64,000 nucleotides of DNA, taken from the sequence record OK570374; one strand, written 5' to 3'. The notes under the pieces were generated by a model, which made no database searches, had not been told where the DNA came from, and saw only the letters and a program-made list of their open reading frames with translations. The stretch comes from Escherichia phage UoN_LG358_1. The translations under genes and the position numbers were made by a program. Of the stretch, positions 17,009-27,402 are shown piece by piece (the stretch's first letter is position 1; each line of letters starts with the position of its first letter).

Positions 17009-18444
17009 AATTTAAGTTCCTCTGCAAGTGCGTCCAGCTTAGCTCGGGCTGATGTCTGGTCCGCGCGTTGTTGTCTATTAGCCTCGGCTTTTCGTTGCTG
17101 AGCTCCGGATGTTTCAGTAACTGGAGTTGGCTGAGTTCCACCTTCCTGTGCAATTTCAACCCAGCGTTGATTTCCTTTCTTAACGCCTACCGCAAACTTA
17201 TTCCAAATATTTTTATCGCCATAACGAGATTTAATCTGCTTGATGAGTTGTTGTCCCATCTGAGCAAGTTCTTCTGTCTCAATCACAGCAAGCATGAAGT
17301 CCGCCGTTGCCGGTAAGCCAGCTGATTCTGCAATGTCGGACATATTCATATCAGAAGCATCCCATGCACCACGACCAACCTGAGCCGCAGACCAGACGAC
17401 AGTTTCTGATTCTACCGCCAGCGCACGGAGTTCTTCGGCAATTGCTTTCACTAAAGTGTAACTGTTTTCAGTATAAACACGAATACGGCAAGAACCACAT
17501 ATTCCTAGATAGTCAATCATAATGATATCAGGAACAAAATTCTTTTTAAGTTTTAACTCATTTAGTAAAGCTCTAAATGTGTTCGCATTAGCTCCGCCGG
17601 TAGGATATTGTTTAATGATTAAACGGCCAAGAGTATTTTTATCTCGCCATTTTTCCATCTTACCTTTGTATTCTGCATATGACACATTGCCGTCATCAAT
17701 ATCATCCAAAGATACATCAAGTAAGTTAGCATCAATACGTTTAGCGCAGACCTCCTCGGCCATCTCCATGGAGATATAAAGAACATTCTTACCAGTTTGA
17801 AGATAATCAGCTGCTAAAGAACACAATCCAAGAGACTTACCAACGTTAACACCAGCCATGAGAATGTTGAGAGTGCCAGTTTCTGCCCCGCCCTTAGTGA
17901 TACGGTTCAAAATATTCATCAAGAATGGAACTTTACGAGCCTTGTTCTGATACGCTAACCAACGAGCTTCATAATCTTCCATCCAATCATGACCGACATA
18001 AGAGTCAAAACTAATAGAAAGAGCTTGACGCATAATGTCTGGAATTGCTCCAACATCCGGTAATTTTTTGTTTCTTTTTTCTGGCGGTAGTTCAGCGTTC
18101 GTTTGAATTTCAATGATTTTTGATGTTGCATTATACATCGCATGAGACTGTACATATTTCTCAGTCTCTTTTACCAACCATGCTTGGTCTTCTGGCGTAT
18201 CTGCTAATTTATCAATTAATTTTTTGGCTTGTTCAGCTTCAGATTCACCTAGAGTTGAATTGTCTAACGCAATATTCAAAGCATTGATTGAAGGGACAGA
18301 TTGATATTCGTTGATATGTTTTTGTAATAAGTTAAACACATTTTTAGCCGGGCCATGTTCAAAATATTCTGAATCCATATATGGCCAAACTTTTGCGAAA
18401 TATCCTTGATTAAAAATAAGATGCGATAATATTGTTTCTACCAC
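17005..18444 (-). CDS. 41: replicative DNA helicase gp41 (DnaB-like)
   Basis: 479 aa; Walker A GVNVGKS and DnaB-family architecture; size matches T4 gp41. Confidence 0.9.
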   Translation of the reverse strand: MVETILSHLIFNQGYFAKVWPYMDSEYFEHGPAKNVFNLLQKHINEYQSVPSINALNIALDNSTLGESEAEQAKKLIDKLADTPEDQAWLVKETEKYVQSHAMYNATSKIIEIQTNAELPPEKRNKKLPDVGAIPDIMRQALSISFDSYVGHDWMEDYEARWLAYQNKARKVPFLMNILNRITKGGAETGTLNILMAGVNVGKSLGLCSLAADYLQTGKNVLYISMEMAEEVCAKRIDANLLDVSLDDIDDGNVSYAEYKGKMEKWRDKNTLGRLIIKQYPTGGANANTFRALLNELKLKKNFVPDIIMIDYLGICGSCRIRVYTENSYTLVKAIAEELRALAVESETVVWSAAQVGRGAWDASDMNMSDIAESAGLPATADFMLAVIETEELAQMGQQLIKQIKSRYGDKNIWNKFAVGVKKGNQRWVEIAQEGGTQPTPVTETSGAQQRKAEANRQQRADQTSARAKLDALAEELKF

Positions 18445-18454
18445 GGTAACCTCA

Positions 18455-18814
18455 TTAAAATAATTTGAAACGTTTTTTATTACGCTCAGCTAACGCTTGC
18501 TCAATTTGAATTTTAACACATTTTTCAACATGCGGAGCTAGTTCTGCTTTTCTATCTTCGGATAATGTAGAAAAATCTACAGAAATTTCGTTTCCATTGT
18601 GATTTATTGATGTGACATAAACTATATGCGAAGACCCATCTTCTAATGTTAGCAAAATTTCTTGTACTATATTAGCCATTGCCTTTTTGACAATATCTAA
18701 TGATTTTTGGTAAACTCTTTCTGTCCTCTCAAATTCCCCCTCCTGAGAGGGGGCTTCTTCGACGACTTCAAGATTTAAATCTAATTCGCTTAAATCATAA
18801 TCGTCTTGTTTCAT
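18455..18814 (-). CDS. hypothetical acidic protein at the gene 40 position
   Basis: 119-aa ORF between 41 and uvsX, as T4 gp40. Confidence 0.4.
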   Translation of the reverse strand: MKQDDYDLSELDLNLEVVEEAPSQEGEFERTERVYQKSLDIVKKAMANIVQEILLTLEDGSSHIVYVTSINHNGNEISVDFSTLSEDRKAELAPHVEKCVKIQIEQALAERNKKRFKLF

Positions 18815-19977
18815 TATTCGTCCATCATAGAGTCAAGGTCATCTTCAATTGCTGCCGGAGACGGAGCATGAGAACCTTCGGGAGCTTTGAAAACCTCAGT
18901 TTTTGAATTAATCAATGCATCAACTTCAGCATCAACAACCGCATTACTATCAATTGCGCCCAGTTGATATTTACGTTTAATTGCATCACGGAATGGTTGA
19001 TGCTTGAACATCGGTCCCCAGAAATCTACGCATGATGTAGCTGCGGCGCGCCATGATTTTTCTTCACGAACCATTTCACCGGTTTCAATGTCCAAATATT
19101 CGCGAGCATACCAACCATTTTTTGGTTTAACTACAAACCCAAGCTCCAATGCCATTTCAAGCAAACCGGAATACGGGTCAATACCACCATCAAATTTAAC
19201 ATCAATAAAGAACTTAGATTTCTCTTTAACTGTACGAGATTTTTCTGCGTTTAAAACAAACTGATAACCTTGCAAATCAGTACCGTCTTTAATCTGACGT
19301 TTGCCGATAATGAACACGGTATCTGCAGAATACATCGGGCCAGTACCACCGGTCATTACCGTTTTACTGAACATTTCAATAGTTTCAATTGTATGGTTAA
19401 CTGCAACACATGGAATGTTCTTAATACTGAAATATGGAGTAACGATACGGAACAGAGATTTCAATGCTTTCGCACGTGTCATATCTGCAACCGATTTTTC
19501 ATTCAACGCGTCTTCAGTTTCTTTCTTGGAAGCGAGGTTACCAATTGAGTCGATGAATACAATAACCTTTTCACCACGCTCAATTTCTTCCAGCTGATTT
19601 ACCATATCAATCTTAAGTTGTTCAACAGACTGAACAGGAGTATGAACAACACGGTCAGGGTCAACGCCCATAGATTTCAGATAAGCCGGAGTAATACCGA
19701 ATTCACTATCATAGAACAGACAAATTGCATCTGGATGTTTTGTCATATAAGCACTGACCATTGTCAGAGACATATTCGATTTAAAGTGCTTTGACGGACC
19801 AGCAAAGATTGTTAAACCAGACTGCATACCACCATCTAATGCCCCACTGATTGCAATGTTCAGCATCGGAATTTTAGTACGGATAACGTCTTTTTCGTTG
19901 AAGAATTTTGACTTAGTTAGTTCCGCGGTCATTTTAGAAGTGGATGCTTTAATCAGACGAGATTTTAAATCAGACAT
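18814..19977 (-). CDS. uvsX: UvsX recombinase (RecA-like)
   Basis: 387 aa; MSDLKSRLIKASTSKMTAELTKSKFFNEKDV... near-identical to T4 UvsX N-terminus. Confidence 0.9.
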   Translation of the reverse strand: MSDLKSRLIKASTSKMTAELTKSKFFNEKDVIRTKIPMLNIAISGALDGGMQSGLTIFAGPSKHFKSNMSLTMVSAYMTKHPDAICLFYDSEFGITPAYLKSMGVDPDRVVHTPVQSVEQLKIDMVNQLEEIERGEKVIVFIDSIGNLASKKETEDALNEKSVADMTRAKALKSLFRIVTPYFSIKNIPCVAVNHTIETIEMFSKTVMTGGTGPMYSADTVFIIGKRQIKDGTDLQGYQFVLNAEKSRTVKEKSKFFIDVKFDGGIDPYSGLLEMALELGFVVKPKNGWYAREYLDIETGEMVREEKSWRAAATSCVDFWGPMFKHQPFRDAIKRKYQLGAIDSNAVVDAEVDALINSKTEVFKAPEGSHAPSPAAIEDDLDSMMDE

Positions 19978-20210
19978 TCATTTTTTCCATAAGTCTCCAT
20001 TATATTTTTCTCATAGGTTTAAAGGATAGAGTAATTATATCAAAACAAATTTAAAGCGATTTAACTTTTATTACGCACTTAATTGGTGAGTTGACCATAG
20101 ATTTTCGGGGTTTAGCCATTTTAACCTCAGGTACATCCTCAGTTCTTTTAATCCAACTTTTGTATGGACAGTATTTTTCTTTCTTGGTCATGATATTTCC
20201 GGTTTAAATT

Positions 20211-20235
20211 TTTGAAAGAAGGTACACTAGAAGTA
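20211..20235 (-). terminator. possible terminator or structured element downstream of beta-gt
   Basis: Imperfect inverted repeat GGTACACTAGAAGTATACC followed by a U-rich tract in the minus orientation. Confidence 0.3.
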
Positions 20236-20258
20236 TACCTTCGCGAAAATTTTTAAAC

Positions 20259-21335
20259 TTACAGGTCAATAGCCTTGCGGAACTCTTCTTGCCAAATTGG
20301 TTTTTCATCAAGATATTTTTGAAGAATTTTGTGCTGATATTTCAAAGTTTCAACACGGAACTCTTCATCTTCTTTAATCTTGTTGATTTTATCTACTAAT
20401 TCTTGACGATTACTCACATAAAAGAAATCATTACCTTCCATGATATTCATGTCAGGGTCAAACGTGCTATCGAAGAATGCCACTGCAGTAGATGCTAGAG
20501 CTTCCCATACACGAGGAGTGATTTGGTTGTTATCGTAGGTTTTATCACCTAATACAATAGTAGCATACGCGGTTGAGTTGCGTTGAACCATTTCACGAGA
20601 GTCTACTTTACCGGGGAATACCGGCGGAGTCGTCCAAGGAAATTCTGGGTTCTTGAACTGTTCTGCTTTCACTGAACCAAAGAATTCAACATCCAATCCA
20701 GTATCAAATAGGTATTCAACCATTTTAGCTTCACGGTTACCAGAACGGAAAGTGCCGCCATAAATCAGGTCTCGCATTTTGATGCCATCTGCGGCAATCT
20801 TAAAGACACTATGATACATTTTATGACGGTCCAAAGCAAAATGAACGAATTCTAGTTTATCGGATAAACATCCAACTAAACGATCAGAATGAATTTTCTT
20901 GCATTGCTCTAGATTTCTTCCTTGAGATACAATACGCATTGGAGATGTTACAATGAATTGTTCTTCTTTATATTTACTGGACCATTTCTTTTTAGACATC
21001 CTTCGCCAAGCTTGCTCAAACGGAAGACGAATATCGGTGAACAAATAATAAATTTTTGATTTATACTTATTCATGAACATATAAGCTTCTTTGTTCATCT
21101 TATTTTCTTCGCCGCCATAGAAGTTCAGAGCAGCATTAACGACCAATAAGCGGTCATACACATTCGGGTCTTTTACTGAATCGAAAGAAATTCCATACTG
21201 TGTATTTTTCATTGAAATAAGGTCAACATCAAGACCCATATCTTTTAAACATTCGGACAAATAAATTGTTTCTGAAGCAGGGGTTGTTTTAAACCCCTGG
21301 ATGTTATTGCCCATATTAATAATAGCAATTTTCAT
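20259..21335 (-). CDS. bgt: DNA beta-glucosyltransferase
   Basis: 358 aa; MKIAIINMGNNI...YKSKIYYLFTDIRLPF...SIIWN... strong match to T4 beta-gt. Confidence 0.8.
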   Translation of the reverse strand: MKIAIINMGNNIQGFKTTPASETIYLSECLKDMGLDVDLISMKNTQYGISFDSVKDPNVYDRLLVVNAALNFYGGEENKMNKEAYMFMNKYKSKIYYLFTDIRLPFEQAWRRMSKKKWSSKYKEEQFIVTSPMRIVSQGRNLEQCKKIHSDRLVGCLSDKLEFVHFALDRHKMYHSVFKIAADGIKMRDLIYGGTFRSGNREAKMVEYLFDTGLDVEFFGSVKAEQFKNPEFPWTTPPVFPGKVDSREMVQRNSTAYATIVLGDKTYDNNQITPRVWEALASTAVAFFDSTFDPDMNIMEGNDFFYVSNRQELVDKINKIKEDEEFRVETLKYQHKILQKYLDEKPIWQEEFRKAIDL

Positions 21336-22168
21336 AGTGTCGGTTCAATCTCGCTAAATTTATGAAAAGCATCTGACTTCTGCTTTTTAGCAACACACAT
21401 ACGAAGTACTTTCAAAGGTTCATCAGTACCAAACATAGTTTTGGTTGGGTCACCTTCTGATTTCCACCGAGCTTGAGTTGGGAAGTCAGCATGAATTTTT
21501 TCCAGCGCTCTGTTCTGTTTAGCAGCATTACGCATAGATGATACACCGCCTGGAGCTTGTCCTTTACCTGATTTAACGAGATATTTAAAAATCGCCAAAT
21601 GAGGATAACCCATATTAATGAGTTTAAGAAACGCGTATGTATCTTCGGATAGGTCTACTATACCATATCCAATGTCATCGGCAGAAAGTTTGCTTAAATC
21701 ATAAAAAGTATTTGTAAACCCGTAAGAGTTCTCACGGAAATGACCCCATTTAGAGTCAATCTTGAATATTGGCAAGCGAGCGTGACCATGATAAAAGCCG
21801 CAGTCCATCGCTGTTTCAACATAAAGACAAAGATTATTAAATTCATCCCAGGTCATTCCAACATCATGGAGAATGCGCCGGTCATCTTTTTCGCGAATTT
21901 CCGTTGTATGAATAGTAGTATCATCATCCAACATCCAAATTCGTTGTCCTTGATACATTTCGGTGATTAAACGACGAGTACCAGCAATCCCATTTACATC
22001 ATCCGGGATAGTTACTATTTTAGCAATTGTGCTATATCGAGTTTCGTATTCTTCTTTTTGAGACTCGCGAACTACAAGATGAGCGACATAACCTTCAGGG
22101 AACATGTCTAGGGCAGTAACTGCCCCGGCACGATTATAACTTGGAATTACAAATTGAATCATTTCCAA
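21332..22168 (-). CDS. putative GT-A-fold glycosyltransferase (second DNA sugar-transferase candidate)
   Basis: 278 aa; N-terminal FVIPSYNRAG and DxD-like WMLDDDTT motifs; between beta-gt and gene 42. Confidence 0.5.
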   Translation of the reverse strand: MEMIQFVIPSYNRAGAVTALDMFPEGYVAHLVVRESQKEEYETRYSTIAKIVTIPDDVNGIAGTRRLITEMYQGQRIWMLDDDTTIHTTEIREKDDRRILHDVGMTWDEFNNLCLYVETAMDCGFYHGHARLPIFKIDSKWGHFRENSYGFTNTFYDLSKLSADDIGYGIVDLSEDTYAFLKLINMGYPHLAIFKYLVKSGKGQAPGGVSSMRNAAKQNRALEKIHADFPTQARWKSEGDPTKTMFGTDEPLKVLRMCVAKKQKSDAFHKFSEIEPTL

Positions 22169-22896
22169 TAACCTTTGTAATCTTTCTTTGGTATATGAGT
22201 TTCACCAGTGTGATAAAAATGGTCAACTAGATAAAATTGATTTTCATATACATGGAGGCTTCCGGCGTTCCAAATAATGTCACCAACTACATATTTTTTA
22301 TCGCGACCGCAGTTAAGTGTCTGTACTAATAATTCTAATACATGTTTTTGCCAAGCATAGTCATTACGATAACCTGCCCAGCAATCGTTGCTTCTCATAC
22401 TCACAACAGCATGAACTTGCTCATCGCGAATTAAGTATTGAACCGTGTTTGTACACATGAAATCACTCATACCGTCACGGTTATAATCAGTCTGCATACT
22501 TGGACGAGTATAAATCATAATTCCACGGCGAGAATCTGGATTGACACTCAGTTCAGCCGCACAACTTGCAAATTGGCTATAATTATCTTTATTCCAAATC
22601 GCCCATCCGTAGTTTGAGTTAATCTCGCCGTTTTTGGATGAAATCTGGTCCCAAATTGCTGGAGTTTTTCCTGGAATGTCTTTAACGAATAAACTTTGAG
22701 ACTTATACCATTCTAATTCGCGGGCTACATACTCATCATTAACTGAACCAAAAATAAGTTCTTCATCTGCAACAAAAGACGCGCCGATAATTTCAATAGT
22801 TTTTACGCCAGTTTTGTCAATAACAAACTCTTCATTTTCGAGAGCTACAGCAAATTCCTGACGAATGTCTTGTACTGTCAAAGGTGTGATAATCAT
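22159..22896 (-). CDS. 42: dCMP hydroxymethylase gp42
   Basis: 245 aa; DKTGVKTIEIIGASFVADE...PDSRRGIMIYTRPSMQ...MCTNTVQYLIRD matches T4 gp42. Confidence 0.9.
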   Translation of the reverse strand: MIITPLTVQDIRQEFAVALENEEFVIDKTGVKTIEIIGASFVADEELIFGSVNDEYVARELEWYKSQSLFVKDIPGKTPAIWDQISSKNGEINSNYGWAIWNKDNYSQFASCAAELSVNPDSRRGIMIYTRPSMQTDYNRDGMSDFMCTNTVQYLIRDEQVHAVVSMRSNDCWAGYRNDYAWQKHVLELLVQTLNCGRDKKYVVGDIIWNAGSLHVYENQFYLVDHFYHTGETHIPKKDYKGYWK

Positions 22897-23141
22897 TTTG
22901 CCTCTTTAATTACGATAATTTGTTGAGGTTGGTTATTTTTTCGCTCGGCGACGAATGCCCAAATTAAAGCAACCAACCATCCAATGAAAGTCCAACCAAA
23001 AATAAGATTTAAAAAGAAAATTCCAACATTAGATTTTGTCCCACGAAGAAGAGCAATAATCCACGGAAGAAAATACGCTAAAAACGCTAAGAACAATGAA
23101 CCAAAACCAAGTGCCGCTGTACCCAATACGATAGTTTCCAT
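22893..23141 (-). CDS. imm: superinfection immunity membrane protein Imm
   Basis: Two hydrophobic segments (LGTAALGFGSLFLAFLAYFLPWIIALLRG ... IFFLNLIFGWTFIGWLVALIWAF); T4 imm position; start placed at ATG 23141. Confidence 0.55.
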   Translation of the reverse strand: METIVLGTAALGFGSLFLAFLAYFLPWIIALLRGTKSNVGIFFLNLIFGWTFIGWLVALIWAFVAERKNNQPQQIIVIKEAK

Positions 23142-23169
23142 TATAATTTCCTCTATTTTATCAAATGAT

Positions 23170-23616
23170 TTATTTAGCATTTTTAGCCATACATTTATTA
23201 AAAGCTTTCACTTTTCCGCCTGAACGATAATGAATAACTGCCAGACGAGTTTTATTATTTGGATTTTTGAAGTATTGTTCACGAAGAACTTCTTCATGAG
23301 CTTCTACCACAAATTCACACATTCTGATAGCTTTTTCCTTTTTATCGAGTGCAGCTTGACGTTCATCACCTTCAGCTACTGATTTTTTAATTGCAGCTTC
23401 AAGCGGACTATTCGCGCGCCGTTCTTCAATTTCTTTAATAGCGTTAAGAGTTTCCTGCGAGACTTGAGAAGTTGCACGAGTATAAACCATCCCAGAAGCT
23501 GGTTTGTAAACCAAATTACCTTCACTTCCATAATGTGGTTGCGAATAAGGTTGAATAGAACAACCTGCTAAAGTAGTTGCTGCTAGAACAATCAGTGATT
23601 TCAAATTAAATTTCAT
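23170..23616 (-). CDS. putative lipoprotein
   Basis: MKFNLKSLIVLAATTLAGCS signal peptide with LAGC lipobox from ATG 23616 (SD GAGGA). Confidence 0.5.
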   Translation of the reverse strand: MKFNLKSLIVLAATTLAGCSIQPYSQPHYGSEGNLVYKPASGMVYTRATSQVSQETLNAIKEIEERRANSPLEAAIKKSVAEGDERQAALDKKEKAIRMCEFVVEAHEEVLREQYFKNPNNKTRLAVIHYRSGGKVKAFNKCMAKNAK

Positions 23617-23646
23617 TTTATTTTCCTCATTTGTTTTGATGAGATA

Positions 23647-23676
23647 ATAGTAACACATCCTTCCATGGATGTAAAC
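23647..23676 (-). promoter_or_regulatory. T4-type early promoter (conserved cassette)
   Basis: Plus AATAGTAACACATCCTTCCATGGATGTAAACGGTT; overlaps the gene 43 stop codon. Confidence 0.4.
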
Positions 23677-23678
23677 GG

Positions 23679-26372
23679 TTAGAAGTCAAACATATCTTCT
23701 AACGATGCTTTCTCTTCGTAGTCCATACCAGCAGCCTCACACATGCCAGTCAAAGGTTTGACAAAAGACTTCTGAAAGAGTGTGGTGTAATCCATCCAAG
23801 CCAATACTTCTGAACGAATTTCCTGTGGCAACTCAGTACCGGATGGCCAAGCAATGCACTTATCACCAAACGGGTTTCCTTCGCGCAAAGGAACAATCAT
23901 TACTTTGTTCCCCTCAAGAATTGGAGTAGCGCTGAACCCAGCAGTCGCTCGGTTGTAAGTCAAAGCACCTCGAATGTGGAACGGACACTTAAATCCAGGC
24001 CATCCGTTATCATCATACTTGGCGATGTCATTACATGTCTTAACTTCTGCAATGATTTTGTAATCAAGACCACGGTATTCTTTTTCAAACTGTTTGTAAT
24101 ATTCTTGTACTGATTTTTCACCTTCTTGAAGCATACGACGAATACTTTCTTCCAATGCTGCCTGCACCGCCTTTGGAGTAGAAGATTGCTGAGTTTCCAT
24201 ACCCATGATTTTTAGATGCGGCTCAGTGTAACGAGTATCTTCCATGTCATATACGTTCAATGCATAACGTTTCTTAGCTTTCCAGAAACCGCCAATACCC
24301 TTTGAACCAAGAGGAGGACAAGAAATAGCCTCACGGTCCATATGCATTAGGTGTTCTTTATTATTCATGTACTCACAAAGCTCACGGTAAGCTTTGTCAA
24401 TCATAGGTTCCATTTTTTTCTTACCAAATTGGTTCATGAATTCAACCAAATCATTGGTATTTTTAAAACGCTCTAAACCTACTTTTTCAATTACTTTATC
24501 GACAGAAACGTAAACTGAGTCAGTGTCTCCTGCCGCTATAAAATCTTCATTGGTTGTACCGCATACTCGGTTCAGATACTCGTTAATCTTACGAGCAATC
24601 CACTGGATACCAACCTGACCGAACAGAGTGATAGCAGTCGCATTACGGAGGTCAAAATATCGGAAATAAATGTTACCGAGAGCACCATAAAGACTGTTGA
24701 TGAGAATTTTACGGTTCAACTGGTTTGTATTAGCCAAAATACTCGCAAGTTCACAATCATGTTTCATCGCTTTCAGAGCTGATACACTTAACCCGTAGAG
24801 TTCATTCTTCACTTCATCACTAAAATCTTTATAACGCTCAACCTGAATTTTACCGCCAGTACCGCCGGACTTTGAAGCCATAACAGCATTAATAACTTCG
24901 ATGTTACGTTTTTCGGCTTGCTGCTTTTTCTTCCAATCTTTACGTTGGAAAAATACCTTCGCAATCTCAACCGGGATAATACCCTCACGGTCTTTGTGAT
25001 ACATCCAACCATTTGGTGAACATGAATATGTATCACTAGGACGCGGTGCTGTTCCATTGATGTATTCATGAATTGGATGAAGCTTAAACTGACCAGCGAT
25101 AGTTTCTGGACTGATATTCACTTGACGAATGATACTTGGATAAAGAGACGTCAAGTCAAAACTCATAATATAATTACGAGCACATGCTTTTGGTTCAAAT
25201 ACATAAGCACCTGGGAAGCTCTGCTTAACATGCGAACGTCCTTGCGGAACCACTCGCTTATCTTCTTTGAGACTATTGAAAATAATAGCATCCCAGGTTT
25301 TAATCGGACTCATTACACCGCCAAAAGGCATTTTAGCGTAATAAGACATACTAATTGCTAGGTCGATGAACCCACGAACTTGGTCGATACCTTGCACCGA
25401 TTCAACGTCCATGATGTTATAACTGATATAACGTTGGTGGTTCGTTTCACGCAATTTGTTAATCGGACCGTCATAAGGCAGTTTACCTTTTTTGGTCTCA
25501 TATTTTGCAACATAATCCAAAGTATAAGACGGTTGGTTAGTGAAACTGTACTTTTTGTACAAATCCATGTAATCAAGAATAGTTACGCCGTCAATGCTAA
25601 ATACTTCTTTATCACCGTACATGTTAGTGATAATTTTAGATTTCACGCGATTGATTGGTGAAAAACGCTTCATCGAACGTTCACCTAGAACTTGCTTAAC
25701 GCGGTTCATGATATACGGAATATCAAAACCTTCAATGTTCCAACCGGTGAAAATTACTGGACGCTTTTGTTCCCAAAGACGAATATATTCCATCAACAGT
25801 TCGGCTTCAGTTTCAAACGGTAGATAAACAACCCGGTCAAGAATATCTTGTGGAACTTCGTCGCCGCGCTCTGCTTCACACCGAGCTGCTAACTTTTTAT
25901 CCCATTTGGATACTGACCCATACAACGAATGGAGTAAATCAAAGACATAAAATTTGTCATCAATGGAATCGTAATGAGTGATAGCATCAATTTCATATTC
26001 TGCTTTCATCGGGTCTGGGAATTTATCGCCAGTAACTTCGATGTCACAGTTCGCTACACGAATGAATTTTCGGTCATAAACAATTTCGGAACCATATGTG
26101 TCACTGATATATGCGAGTTTAAAATCATCCATTCCCATTGCTTCAAGACCGACATCTTCCATGCGCTTGAACCAATCACGGGCATCCTTCATTGTAGGAA
26201 AATTAATTGGTTCGCAGTCCTTTCCATAGATGTCTTTGAATTTTGATGGTTTATCAACATGACGGAACAGAGTCGGAGAATATTCGACGCGACGAGTTTT
26301 TTCTACGCCATCTTCAATATATCGTTCAACAATATCATTACCAACAGTTTCTACAGATACATAAAATTTCAT
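23679..26372 (-). CDS. 43: DNA polymerase gp43 (family B)
   Basis: 897 aa; exonuclease and polymerase motifs (DxE, YGGA..., DTDS) and long collinear match to T4 gp43. Confidence 0.95.
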   Translation of the reverse strand: MKFYVSVETVGNDIVERYIEDGVEKTRRVEYSPTLFRHVDKPSKFKDIYGKDCEPINFPTMKDARDWFKRMEDVGLEAMGMDDFKLAYISDTYGSEIVYDRKFIRVANCDIEVTGDKFPDPMKAEYEIDAITHYDSIDDKFYVFDLLHSLYGSVSKWDKKLAARCEAERGDEVPQDILDRVVYLPFETEAELLMEYIRLWEQKRPVIFTGWNIEGFDIPYIMNRVKQVLGERSMKRFSPINRVKSKIITNMYGDKEVFSIDGVTILDYMDLYKKYSFTNQPSYTLDYVAKYETKKGKLPYDGPINKLRETNHQRYISYNIMDVESVQGIDQVRGFIDLAISMSYYAKMPFGGVMSPIKTWDAIIFNSLKEDKRVVPQGRSHVKQSFPGAYVFEPKACARNYIMSFDLTSLYPSIIRQVNISPETIAGQFKLHPIHEYINGTAPRPSDTYSCSPNGWMYHKDREGIIPVEIAKVFFQRKDWKKKQQAEKRNIEVINAVMASKSGGTGGKIQVERYKDFSDEVKNELYGLSVSALKAMKHDCELASILANTNQLNRKILINSLYGALGNIYFRYFDLRNATAITLFGQVGIQWIARKINEYLNRVCGTTNEDFIAAGDTDSVYVSVDKVIEKVGLERFKNTNDLVEFMNQFGKKKMEPMIDKAYRELCEYMNNKEHLMHMDREAISCPPLGSKGIGGFWKAKKRYALNVYDMEDTRYTEPHLKIMGMETQQSSTPKAVQAALEESIRRMLQEGEKSVQEYYKQFEKEYRGLDYKIIAEVKTCNDIAKYDDNGWPGFKCPFHIRGALTYNRATAGFSATPILEGNKVMIVPLREGNPFGDKCIAWPSGTELPQEIRSEVLAWMDYTTLFQKSFVKPLTGMCEAAGMDYEEKASLEDMFDF

Positions 26373-26446
26373 AAGGTTCCTTAGTTTTTCCAGTGGTCCG
26401 AGTGATTAGACCTTGGGTGTATTATATTCTATTCTTTGAATAGCAG

Positions 26447-26466
26447 AAAAGGCCCGGAGGCCTTTT
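26447..26466 (-). terminator. hairpin/terminator between regA and gene 43
   Basis: AAAAGGCC-CGGA-GGCCTTTT symmetric hairpin flanked by A/T runs. Confidence 0.5.
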
Positions 26467-26473
26467 CATTGAG

Positions 26474-26836
26474 TTACGCGCCTATAGTATATTTCGCGAT
26501 AAGTTTCCAATCGTCTTTTTGCTTAAATGTGATGACGCGGAAATTATTTTGCATAGCTTGCAGAGAACCTCTGTCTACGAGTTCGATTAAACCCCAATCT
26601 TCCAGGAGTTGAGCAATTGAGTCGCGGCGGATAATATCTTCATCATCAATAGTGACTGGCCGTCCGTCCAGTTTAAGCATCTCTTTAAAATGAACTACAT
26701 AATAAAGACCCTGCTTCTGTAAGATATGACAACTTTGATATAATACACGGTCTCTGTTATTAGCAATACCCATACGAGTAAGAGTTTCTTTTACTTTCAG
26801 GAAGTCTTCAGGTTGTTTCAGTTTAATTTCGATCAT
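26474..26836 (-). CDS. regA: translational repressor RegA
   Basis: MIEIKLKQPEDFLKVKETLTRMGIANN...LYQSCHILQK... matches T4 RegA; start at ATG 26836. Confidence 0.85.
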   Translation of the reverse strand: MIEIKLKQPEDFLKVKETLTRMGIANNRDRVLYQSCHILQKQGLYYVVHFKEMLKLDGRPVTIDDEDIIRRDSIAQLLEDWGLIELVDRGSLQAMQNNFRVITFKQKDDWKLIAKYTIGA

Positions 26837-26838
26837 TT

Positions 26839-27402
26839 TTACCATTCCAATGCTTGTTTTTTAAATTGTTTTTGTTCTTTAACATTTTTGGTCACGTCTT
26901 TCAAAAATTCATCTGTGACCAACCCTTTGGCTTCTTTTAACACTATGCCCAATTTACCTTTGCGTTCTAGAGTTTCTCTATAAACCTGAGCGTCATTTAA
27001 ATTAATAGTATAATATTTCATTAATACCCTGAGAATAAGTATCTCCTGGGTATCCTCTATTAACTTAGCCCACTTACCAAAACGGCGGCCTTGAGGAACA
27101 GCAGCTACCATATAGTTGAAATGTGCTTCATCTGACAGTTCAGAACCGATAAGATTCATTGTATAAACTGCTGTCATGCATTCCGGATGTTGCGATAACG
27201 CATTTTCAACCATGAATTTGTTATATTCTTTTTGAGCGATGGAACATTGTTTCTTTTCGTTAATTGCGCCGATTATTTCAAAAAATTCATTTTCTGCTTT
27301 CTGTTTGAAAGTATCAGCCATTTCTTGAACTTTGTTCCAATCTTTAGAATACCAAGCTACCTGATGCTCATTAAATTGGACGTCATCATCAAATAAACTC
27401 AT
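26839..27402 (-). CDS. 62: clamp-loader subunit gp62
   Basis: [22 protein letters not shown]... matches T4 gp62; TAATG overlap with gene 44 stop. Confidence 0.85.
   Translation of the reverse strand: MSLFDDDVQFNEHQVAWYSKDWNKVQEMADTFKQKAENEFFEIIGAINEKKQCSIAQKEYNKFMVENALSQHPECMTAVYTMNLIGSELSDEAHFNYMVAAVPQGRRFGKWAKLIEDTQEILILRVLMKYYTINLNDAQVYRETLERKGKLGIVLKEAKGLVTDEFLKDVTKNVKEQKQFKKQALEW

Noticed and set aside
20051-20191. 46-codon minus-strand ORF between uvsX and beta-gt (T4 segA position)
   Set aside because: Short, no convincing ribosome-binding site or motif; kept out of the feature list.
24809-26246. Track ORFs on both strands inside DNA polymerase gene 43 (24809..25069, 25068..25361, 25358..25576, 25380..25661, 25594..25827, 25974..26246)
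   Set aside because: Nested or antisense to the 897-aa polymerase ORF; no independent support.
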